64,000 nt of DNA from assembly GCF_009914755.1 (NCBI RefSeq), contig NC_060937.1; one strand, 5' to 3'. The notes under the pieces were generated by a model that was given only the letters and a program-made list of their open reading frames with translations, searched no databases and had not been told where the DNA came from. Made by a program: the position numbers and the translations under genes. This DNA comes from the human T2T-CHM13v2.0 reference genome, Homo sapiens. Of the stretch, positions 18,006-30,262 are shown one piece after another. Numbering within the stretch: the stretch's first letter is position 1; each line of letters starts with the position of its first letter.

Positions 18006-18084
18006 TTAAGTTGGTGCAAAAGTAATTGCAGTTTTTGTCATTGAAAGTAATGGCAAAACCGCAATTACTTTGGCACCAACCTCA
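18006..18084. mobile_element. MADE1 (Hsmar1-derived MITE)
   Basis: 79-bp palindrome TTAaGTTGGTGCAAAAGTAATTGC...GCAATTACTTTgGCACCAACCTcA with TA on both sides. Confidence 0.93.
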
Positions 18085-18479
18085 TATTTGCGATGAGAAA
18101 TATGAACAGGAATAGGAAATATTTGAAATACATGAAATTTGCACATAGGAGCTTTGCACGCAAGAGCAACCAATGTAAAGACCTGCGGCAGTGACGGGTG
18201 TGGGGTATTGGTGGAAACGGGAGCTCTGTGCCAGAAGAGAGTGGCTCCAAAGGTGTGGGTGAGGGAGGAGTTAGATAAATAGGCAGGAGAGTATCCTGCG
18301 TTGTGGGTCCATCGGCATGTGGGGGAGGTGGCCACTCACCAGCAGCACCAGGACCTGTGGACGCTCCAGGTGCTTGACTCCTGCTGTTGAATATGGCACG
18401 ATGCTTGAAGCCACAGCCTGCACACCTTCATCAGCCGTGGAACCAAATTCACCAGCTGGCCCAGCCACTTCCAAGCGGG

Positions 18480-19115
18480 AGAGATTTTCTAATCTCTGCT
18501 CCCTGGCCTCCACCCTTCCTCAGTATGATCTAGCTTCCTACCTGGCCTCCCTGCCTCCCTACACATGCCATTCTGTAGTCTCTCTTCCACACACACTAAT
18601 GAACCTTTATAAGAATGTCTTCATAAAAAAAAAAAAAAAAAGCTAGTAAAAAGAAATTTCAGGAGATAAAATTTTTTTAAAAAATAAAAATGTCTTGAGA
18701 CCTCCATCACACTTAGAATAAAGTCGGAATTTCTCAGCACTGCCTAAAACATTCCAGTTTGGCAGCTCTCCCCATTCGCGTTTCCCACCACTCCCCTGCC
18801 CGATGACTGCACTTGTTACCACCGCATCCTGGCTCTTCCTCCAAAACGTCAGGCGCATGCCTGTCTCCAGGCTTTTGCTTGCTGTGCCTTCTGCCTGGAA
18901 TTCCCTCACCCTGGATTCTGTCTGGCTTGCTCAGTTCATTTAGCTCTGCTCAAATGGCACCTCCTCAGAGAGCCCTCCCTCCCCACCCTTCCCTTAGCCA
19001 CAGTGTGTCTGCTTTTCCTACTTCACTTTTCCTCAGAGCAATGCACGACCTAGCGTTTTTATGCTTGTGTATTTTTTTGTTTGGGTATTTGTTTACTATC
19101 TGTCTCTGGGAAGAG
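18480..19115 (+). mobile_element. L2 fragment
   Basis: Pyrimidine-rich L2 3' motifs (ctgtgccttctgcctggaa, ctcaaatggcacctcctcagagagcc). Confidence 0.65.
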
Positions 19116-19979
19116 AACAGCATGATGGGAAAGTTTTCTTGGGGGAGGTGGGGTTTGGAATCAGAATCCTAGGGCGTGGCCCTATCTGTTACTGTAAGAC
19201 CTTAGTCAAGTCATTCAACTTTTCCAAGTATCTGTCAATGATAAGGATCATAACTGACTTTCACACTGAGTTACAGAAATGCTGAAAGGTACTTTGTAAA
19301 ATAAACTATAAATCAGTATTCAAAGTTTCATAATTAACTTTTTTATCTCAGATAAACCCAAAGTAACTGTGCCAAGCATTTTACATATATTATTATTCAC
19401 AAAAACTTTTTGAGTCAGTTATTATCTTCCCCATTTTTCAGATGAGGAAAATAAAGTTCAGAGAGGCTTTTCCCTGCTCAAATTCAGCTACTGGTAAATC
19501 CAGATTTGAACCCAGGTCCTCAGCTTCCAGGCCCCAGAGAAAGTAATAAGCTGTGATGGTCATACTGGGTAAAGTGGCCACAGTTTCCAGATTGCAAAAT
19601 GTATCCTAGACAGCAACAGTCAAGGATGAAATTAGTAAGCTTGGAGGCTGCCAGAGAGAGCTGTCTTATTTATGACATTTATGACAAGAGCTGTCCTACA
19701 TATGACAAGTAAGGTGAATTCTTAAATGTGTTTTTCCATTTATACTACAAAGTTTATAAATTTGTGTTTTGCTTGTTACTGACTATAGCTGTTAAAGCAC
19801 ACTTCAACAGTTCTAATGGATTTTAAAATGGATGCTAATTCAGTAGGCCCCAAAATCAGCTTGACGAATACGCAGTAATTATTTTGCCAGTTGAGTTTCT
19901 TCATTGGCAGAAAATATGCTAAAATAGACAACTAGCAATTTTCTCTGATTTAGTATTAATCAAAGGTTTTCACTGTGCC

Positions 19980-20530
19980 AAGTTCTACTGGATTCCTCTC
20001 ATGCACCCCTCCAAGTGCCCCTTTTCCTTCAGCTACTGCTACAGTGACTAGTCCTACACAGGCTTCCACCAGGTTTGTGCAGGTGCTTTGCTTTGGGCCC
20101 ACATCAAGTATGTGTCCCTTCCTGCCATAGAGCTTCTCTGATGATTCAGTGTGGAATGTCCATAGGAATCAACTTTGAACCCAGGAATGCACAATCAGGA
20201 TATGACAGGGAGCTATAAAGGCCATATGGTTACCCTTGACCAATGGATTAAAGGAGTCAGTGGGCAGATGCTTCCTCCTTTGATTCCCAGAGCAGAACTG
20301 TTTAGAGATGCATTTCATAAGGCTTTTCAGAAGGTCCCGGCAGAATGGAGCACCCATTGTTCACTGGGCTGGCCAACTGAATAAAGCATCCTTGTACTGG
20401 TTTCCTTTCTTCCTTGTTCTCTTCCTTATCTCATACTACCGCTCGCTAAGATCACATTTGCAAGTAAACCACCTGCATACAATCCTTTATTTCATGTTCT
20501 GCTTAGAGGGTGGAATCCAGGCTAAGAAAA
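19980..20530 (+). mobile_element. ERVL LTR, LTR16-like (5' boundary uncertain)
   Basis: tgaccaatgg, gatgcatttcataaggct, aagtaaaccacctgca and end ...ctgcttagagggtggaatccaggctaaga resemble the LTR16 family. Directly followed by ERVL internal sequence. Confidence 0.65.
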
Positions 20531-21085
20531 TTTGTATTGAAGTGAGTCCTCAAAAATAGCAATAAAGAACTTGTTGCTGGTGGGAAGTGAGATCACAATT
20601 ACCAGAGTTTTCCCTGTGTTCGTTTGGGATGAGGTACAGGTGGAAGGGGAAACATGATACAGATGCTGGAAGCTTGAGCAGTATGAAAACAATGATATTT
20701 AAAAGACTATGGAGTTGGCTGGCTTTTGTTAACTTCTTCAAACGACTTGAAAAAAAATATGACAAGCCTAGGTAAGCCAATTATCAACCTGAGGCATGCT
20801 TGAAAGTCAGAGGGCCAGAATGGATGGTAGACCAATGCAAACAGTGTAAACCGAACCAAGTAATAGCTCCAATTACAGCTGCTGTGCCAGATGTGTTATC
20901 TTTACTAAAACAGATCAACACAGCCCCTAGCACTTTGTATGTGGCTTTTGATGTGGCAAACGCATTATTCCCTTCTATAAGGAAAATCAAAAACATGTTT
21001 ACATAGGAAGGACAATAGTACAGCCTCTCTTTTACCCCAAGGCTATATTAACTCTCCTGCTCTTTGTTATAATATAGTCTGCAGG
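20531..21085 (+). mobile_element. ERVL internal remnant with decayed reverse-transcriptase fragment
   Basis: ORF 20800-21006 (VD...NQVIAPITAAVPDVLSLLKQINTAPSTLYVAFDVANALF) followed by LPQGYINSPALC at ~21032. These are ERVL pol RT motifs. Confidence 0.85.
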
Positions 21086-21845
21086 GTAGTGCTGCTGGAA
21101 AGATGGCAGAATTGGAAGCTATCAGGAATCTATCTGTCCACCTGGACAACAATTGTACTGGCAGAAACAGTCTCAAGTAACCATTTTGGAACTCAGTTTA
21201 TTTGAATACTTGAAACTTCCAGGGACCAGCTTAGCTGGTAAATTTCAGTTGATATCAGCTATCAGTGTGGTGGCAGGCAGCTGGGGAATGGCAGCCCATA
21301 TCTCTGGCACATCTTGCTGGAGCCATGACAGGCAATAATGACCTTGTCCTTCAAATAGTGGGGTTCCGTGTTCTCACGGGATTGCTGTTTGATCACTGAT
21401 TAGTGAGTAAAGAGTTTGGATGTCATTGTATGAATTCCTCCCAGCTGAAGCAGCTTCCAGGAGATTTAAAGGAACTATACCTGTTTGTTTGCTTGTCTGT
21501 CTGTCTTTGGACATTCAAAAACAAGCATGTATATGGGGAAATTTAGAATGCCACTTTGCATGCCTAGGGAAAGACACAGGCTCAGAAAAGACATGAGAAG
21601 ACATTAAGCTTTCACCTCAAGCTGATCCCTGGCACAAATACACCATACAACAATCAAAAGACAGCAAACACTGGGTAAGAGGGAGAATCTGTTTTCCAGA
21701 GTTTCCACGTCATAAGATTCGAACATCCAGTTTTCAGAATGAACAAACAAAAAGGCATACAAAGAAATAGAAAACTATGGCCCATTCAAGGGAACAAAAT
21801 AAGTTGACACAAAATGTACATGAAGCTCAGACATTAGACTTACTA

Positions 21846-22060
<215 letters not shown>

Positions 22061-23484
22061 ATGTCTTAAGGATTCAAAGAACTCAAGGAAGACATAGACA
22101 AAGATATGCAGAAATGATATATGAACAAAATAAGAGTATCAATAGAAATTTTAAAAGAGAAGCAAAAAGAAATCTTGAAGCTGAAAAGTATGATAATTGA
22201 AAGAAAATATGTACTAGAAAGTTTCAAAAACGGATTTGAGCAAGCAGAAGAATCAGTGAACTTAAAAGTTAAATTTTTATAAACTTAATTAGATTGTTAC
22301 AACTCTAAGATGTTAAATGTAATTCCCATGATGACCACAAAGAAAATAGCTATAGAGTATACACAAAAGGAAATTAGAGGGGAATAAAAGTTTCACTCCA
22401 AGAAATCATTTTTTTACTAAACACCTAAGAAGGCAATATTACAGGAAATGAGGTAGCTAAAAGTCATAAGGTATGTAGAAAACAAATAGCAAAATATCAG
22501 AAGGAAGTCCTCCTTATATTACTTTAAACACAAATGGATTCAATTCTCCAATCAAAAAACAAGGATTGGCAGACTGGATTTTTAAAATATAATCCAACTA
22601 TATGTTGTCTATGACACTAACTTTAGACTCAGTGACACAAATAGGTTAAAAGTAAAACGATGGAAAAGGACAGTAATGCAAATAGCCATCAAAAGAGAGC
22701 TGGAGTAGCTATACTAATATCTGATAAAATAGACTTTACATTTTAAAAAATTATAAGAGAAAAATATATACATTACATATTAATAAACATTGATACTGCA
22801 AGATACATAGCAGTTATAAACATTTACACATCTAATAACAGACCTTCAAAACATCCTCTGTGCTCCATTGATTCATGCCTCCTTACCCTAAGGGTGGCTC
22901 AAAATAAAACTATAAATGTAATACATCAGATTAATATAACAAAAGGGAAAAAACACATGATCAAGTCAATTGATGCAGAAAAGGCATTTGACAAAATCCT
23001 ATACCCTTCCATAATTAAAAAAAAAAAACAACTCTCAGAAAACTAGTATTATAGGGAAAATTCCTCAACATGATAAAATACCTAAACATGATAAAAACAC
23101 ATCCAATATTGTACTCAAGGGTGAAAGACTGAAAGCTTTCCCTTAAAATCAGAACAAGACAAGGGTGCCTGCTTTCACCACTTCTACTCAACATTGTGCT
23201 AGAAGTTCTAGTCAGAGTTAATAGATAAGAAAAAGAAATTTTAAAAATTGAAAAGGATGAGAGGAAACTACCTCTAATCACAAATGACATGATATTGTAT
23301 ATAGAAAATTCTAAAAAATCCGCAAGAAATCTATTAGGGTGAATAAACAAATGCAGCAAGGTCTTGTGGCCTCACAAAGTCAACACACAAAAATCAGTTG
23401 TATTTCTGTACACCAGCAGTGAAAAATCCAAAAAAAAGTTAGGAAAGCAAGTTGAATCTCATCAGCATCTAAAAGAATTAAATG

Positions 23485-23782
23485 GGGCAAGGTGCGGTGG
23501 CTCATGCCTATAATCCCAACACTTTGGGAGGCTGAGGCAGGCGGATCACCTGAGGCCAGGAGTTTGAGACTAGCCTGGCCAACATGGTGAAACCCCATCT
23601 CTACTAAAAATACAAAAGTTAGCTGGGTATGGTGGTGCGCACCTGTAGTCCCAGCTACTTGGGTGGCTGAGGCATAAGAATTGCTTGAACTCAGGAGGTG
23701 GGGGTTACAAAGCGTAGAGATCGTGCCACTGCACTCCAGCCTGGGTGACACAGTGAGACTTTGTCTCAAAAAAAAAAAAAAA
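23485..23782 (+). mobile_element. Alu inserted in L1
   Basis: TSD aaaagaattaaat. Confidence 0.94.
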
Positions 23783-24004
23783 GAATTAAATACTTAGGAA
23801 TAAATCTAACCAAGGAATTGAAAGGCTTATACACAGAAAACTACAAAACATTGTCGAAAGAAATTATAAAACATACTGAAAATAAATATTAAAAATAAAT
23901 AAATAGAACACCAGTGAGTTGTGGGATAATATGAAGGGGTCTAAAGGATTAATATTCATTTTTCTTTTGTCCAAAGAACTTCCTTTAACATTTCTCTTTT
24001 TTAA

Positions 24005-24916
<912 letters not shown>

Positions 24917-27026
24917 TAGGCCCCTTGATATTATCCCACAACTCACTGTTGTTCTATTTAATATTTCTTTTTAGTGTGTTTTACTTCGGATAGTTTCTAC
25001 TGTATGCCATCAAATTCCCTGTGGGTCTCCCTCTCCCTCTTTCTATCTCTCTTGTCTCTGCTCCCCATGCCCGTGCTTACCTCCACCTTCTTGAATACAG
25101 GCACACTTTGCTTTATTGCCCTTTGCTTTATTGCACCTTGCCAGTGTTACGTTTTTCACACATTGAAGGTTTGTGGCAACCATGTGTGGAGCAAGTCTAT
25201 CAGTGCCATTTTCCCAACAGCATGTTCTCAGTTTGTGTCACATATTGATAATTCTCATAATACGTCACACTCTTCATTATTATTATATCTGTTATGGTTC
25301 TTTGTGATCAGTGATCTTTGATGCTACTATTGTAATTGTTCTGGGGCCCAGCCTGGGCGACAGAGCGAGACTCTGTCTCAAAACAAACAAACAAAAAACG
25401 AATTTAATCTATAAATGTTGTGTGTGTTCTGACTGCTTCATCAACTGGCCATTTCCTTGTCTCTCTCCCTATCCTCTCTATTCTCCCTGTTCCCTGATAT
25501 GACAATTTTGCAATTGGGCCAATTAATAACTTTATAATGGCCTCTAAGTGTCTGAGTGAAAGGAAGAGTTGCATGTCTCTTACTTTAAATCAACAGCTAG
25601 AAACAATTAAGCTTACTGAGGAAGGCATGTCAAAAGGCATGATAGGCTGACAGCTTGGTCTCTTGCACCAAACAGTTAGCCAAGTTGTGAATGCAAAGGA
25701 GAGCTCTTAAAGGAAATTAAAATTGTCACTCCAGTGAACACACAAATGATAAGAAAGTAAAACAGCAGACTTATTGCTGATACGGGGAAAGTTTGAGCGG
25801 TCTGGATAGAAGATCAAACCAGCCACAGCATTCCCTAAGCCAAAGTCTAATCCAGAGCAAGACCCTAACTCTCTTCAATTCTGTGAAGGCTGAGAGAGGT
25901 GAGGAAGCTACAGAAGAAAAGTTTGAAGCTAGCAGAGGTGGGTTTATGAAATTTAAGGAAAGAAGCCATCCTCAGAACATAACAGTGCAAGCAGCAAGTT
26001 CTGATTAAGAAGCTGCAGCAAGTTATCCAGAAGGTCTAGATAACATCATTGATGGAATGCTTCAAAGGACGGAAGCTCTGAAAGCTTCAAAGGATGGAAG
26101 CTCTGAAAGCTTCAAAGGACAGGCTGACTATCACTGGGAGATAATGCACTGGTGACTTTAAGTTGACTCCAATGCTCGTTGACCATTCCTAAGATCCTAT
26201 AGTCCTTAAGAATTGTACTGAATCTCCTCTGCCTGTGCTCTAGAAATAGAAAAACAAAGCCTCAATGACAGCACATGTGTTTTCAGCATGGTTCACTGAG
26301 TATTTTAAGCCTACCATTGAGACCTATTGCTCAGAAAAAAAAAGATTTCTTTCAAAATATTACTGCTCATTGACAATGCCCCTGGTCACCTAGGAACCCT
26401 GATAGGGGTATACAGGAGACGAATATTGTTTCCCTGCCTGCTAACTTAACATTTATTCTGCAGCCCATAGATCAAGGGGTAACTTTGACTTTCAAGTCTT
26501 ATTATTTAAGAAACATACTTCATAAGGCCGCAGGTGCCATAGGTAGTGATTACTTTGATGGATCTGGAAAAGATAAATTGAAAGCCTTCTGGCAAGGATT
26601 TACCATTCAAGATGTCATTAGCATTAGTCATTCATAGGAGAAGGTCAAAATATCAATATTAACAGGAGTTTGGAAGAAGTTGATTCCAACACTCATGAAG
26701 GAGTTTGAGGGGTTCAAGACTTCAGTGGAGGAGATCACTGTGGATGTGGTGGAAACAGCAGGAGAACTAGAATTAGAAGTAGAGCCTGAAGATGCGACTG
26801 AATTGCTTCAATCTCATGATAAAACTTTAATGGATGAGGAGTTGCTTCTTATAAATGAGCAAAGGAAGTGGTTTCTTGACATGGAATCTACTCCTGAAAA
26901 AGATGCTGTGAACATTGTTGAAATAACGACAAAGTATTTAGAATATTATATAAACTTAGTTGATAAAGCAGCAGCAGGGTTTGAGAGGATTGTGTCTAAT
27001 TTTGAAAGAAGTTCTACTATGGGTAA

Positions 27027-27338
<312 letters not shown>

Positions 27339-27655
27339 TAAAATATTATCAAACAGTATTGAATGCTACAGAGAAATATTTCATGACAAGGAAGAGTTGA
27401 ACTTCATTTTTGTCTTATTTTAAGAAATTTCCTCAACTACCCCAGTCTTCAGCAACCACCATCCCAATCAGTCAGCAGCCATTAATATCAAGGCAAGATT
27501 CTCCATCAGCAAAAAGATTCTGACTTGCTGAAGACTCAGATGAATGTTAGCATTTTTTAAACAATAAAGTCTTTTTAAATTAAGGTAGATACATTGCTTT
27601 TTTAGGCATAATGCTATTAAACACTTAATAGACTACAGTATAGTGTAAGCATAAT

Positions 27656-27902
27656 TTCTTTTTTTTAGAGATGGGGTCTCACTGTGTTGCCTAGGCTGGA
27701 GTGCAGTGGTGCGATCATAGCCCACTGCAACCTGGAACTCCTGGGCTCAAGCAGTCCTCTCACCTCAGCCTCATAAGTAGCTAGGACTACAGGTGTGTGC
27801 CACCATGCCCAGCTATTCTTTTTTTCTTAGAGATGGGGTCTCACTATGTTGCCTGGGCTGGTCTAGAACTCCCGGCCTCCAACAATCCTCCTGCCTCGGC
27901 CT
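27656..27902 (-). mobile_element. AluJ-like in Tigger1, 5'-truncated
   Basis: Reverse consensus, flanks tgtaagc(a/c)taa. Confidence 0.9.
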
Positions 27903-29572
27903 GTAAGCCTAACTTGTATATGCATTGGGAAACCAAGCAATTCATGTGACTGACTTTATTGTGTTATTTGCTTTATTGCAGTTGTCTGGAACCAAACCCA
28001 CAATATCTCCAAGGTGTATCTGAATATGGAGCAGTGGCTTTTCAAACATCCTTATCTCCAACTTCTAGTATCTCTGTTATTTTTGGATCCAGGTTTATTG
28101 ATTGATTTTTCTTCCATTTAGGAGTCATATTTTTCTTCTTCTTTGTATGCCTGGTAATTTTTTATTGGATGCTGAGCATCATTAATTTGCTGTGTTGGTT
28201 GCTGTATCTTGTTATGTTTGTTTAGTGCTGGATTTTGTTATGGCACACTGTTAAATCACTTGGAGTCAGCTGTATCCTTTTGATGCTTGCTCTTAAGCCT
28301 AATGTGTCAGGTCCAGAATAACTTTTAGTCCAGGGCTAATGAAGCCCCACTGCTACAGAAACATTCTTCTGAGAATTCTGGCAGATGCCCCAGCTACAAC
28401 TCTTCACTGGTAGAAACACGGACTATTCTCAGCCTTGTTTGAACTCTAGGAATTGTTCTGCCTACTCTTTTTCAGGATTCTTTGTCTGACCTCAGATAGT
28501 TTCTTGTCACGCATACACAGATCAGTACTCAAAGGCTGGACAGAACCCGCTGTGTGTTTCCAGAGCCATGTCCACTTCCCTGCCGTAGCTCCCTCTTTCC
28601 CAACACACCTTTTCTTAAATTCCAGCCACCTTAGCTTTGATCTGTTCAACACACAAAGACCACTGGGTTTTATTTGGATTTTCCTCTCTGCACTGCAGCC
28701 TGCCAGCTGCTTTTAAGTGGTAAGCTCAGGCAATAATAAAACACACATTGCTTCTCAGGAATCACAATACTGTGCTGCCTTTTGTTTGGTGTCTGAAAAA
28801 CGTTTTTAAATACATTTTGTCCAATTTTCTAATTGTTTAAGGGGGTAGGGTAAATCAGGTCCCATTACTCCCTCTTGGCTGGCAGTAGGAGTTACAGCTG
28901 GTGACCATTTGTTAAATGGGTGCAAACTTGAAGCTGGCTCACAAATTTCTTAGCATTGAGGTACACCTGAGTTTGATCCTGATAAGACAATCAATGCATT
29001 GTCCTGAAATTTATGAACATGATATCCATAATTGCCCAATATTTTGTCCGAATATTTTTGGACCATGCTCAAACCACTAAGCAGTCTGGTATATAATGTG
29101 AGCCTTTGCTTTCCCAATGAGGAGATTGATAAAAGAAAGAAGAAAAAAATACATCTCCTTTAAGGGCTGGAGACAGAATGCTTAAATATCTACATTGCAG
29201 TGTTCAAGTAAGTTACAAATATATAAAATTACACACTAGATCAACTAATACATTATTTTAAAGGATTGCCTTTTCCCACTCTTGCTGAATCACTGAAATG
29301 ATTCTATTTAAATTCTCATATGCATTTTTGACTTTAATAATTTATTTTTCATTGCTATCATCTGAGTTATCTAAAACATCATCTTTGTGCCATCGAAGTT
29401 GCTTGAGCTTCAGCACTATCTGACTTTCTATGTATGTTGCTGGACATTTTACCCAGGCGGCAAGTGTGCATTCACGTTTCAGGAAACAGCTAGTTGTGTC
29501 GTTTTTTTTTTTTTTTTTTTCCATTTGGCAGTCACCATATGCAAGACATTTACTGTGTGGCTTGGTAAGTAA

Positions 29573-29880
29573 TTTTTTTTTTTTTTTTTTTTTTTTTGAG
29601 ACGGAGTCTTGCTCTGTCACCCAGGCTGGAGTGCAGTGGCGCGATCTTGGCTCACGGCCACCTCTGCCTTCCAGGTTCAAGCAATTCTCTGCCTCAGCCT
29701 CCTGAGTAGCTGGGATTACAGGTGCCCGCCACCATGCCTGGCTAATTTTTTTTTGTATTTTTAGTAGAGATGGGGTTTCACCATCTTGGCCAGGCTGGTC
29801 TTGAACTCCTGACCTCGTGATCCACCCGCCTTGGCCTCCCAAAGTGCTGGGATTACAGGCATGAACCACCGCGCCCGGCC
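29573..29880 (-). mobile_element. Alu, antisense
   Basis: poly-T, TSD ~gtaagt(a/g)atttt. Confidence 0.95.
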
Positions 29881-30072
29881 TTGTAAGTGATTTTAATAAG
29901 GCTTGTTTCCAATACAATACATCCAACAAATTGTAATTGAGTGTATTCCACCCCCAAGAATAATTCCTGAATACTAAACCTGTTCAATGTCTTGTTCTCT
30001 TTTTCAAACCATCTGTTCCATCAGATGACCACTATATTCATCCAAAACTAGCATTTCAAGGTTAGTTTAGAC

Positions 30073-30262
30073 TAGGGTTGCATGATAATATCCAGGGAGC
30101 CTGGTTAAATTTGAATTTTAGATAAACAACAAAAATGTTTTGGTATAATTACGTCCCAAATATTGCACAGAACATACCTATACTACAAAAAAAGGTAGTT
30201 TATCCGAAATTTAAATTTAACTAAGCAACCTGTGTTTTTATTTGCTAAAACTGGTAACCATA
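30073..30262. mobile_element. MER53-like palindromic hAT MITE
   Basis: tagggttgc...gttaaatttgaattttagataaacaac...cccaaatattgca...gtttatccgaaatttaaatttaac...ctggtaacc, with internal inverted repeats. Confidence 0.8.

Noticed and set aside
19657-19707. Short imperfect tandem duplication agagctgtc..atgaca
   Set aside because: It is an ordinary slippage-scale repeat with no further structure.
26059-26120. CRISPR-like repeat-spacer pattern
   Set aside because: The 'spacers' are identical, so this is a simple tandem duplication in eukaryotic DNA.
29342-29929. 195-aa minus-strand ORF, and similar ORFs at 6763, 13631, 15207, 23380, 24701 and 27054
   Set aside because: These are translations of Alu sequence and A-tails.
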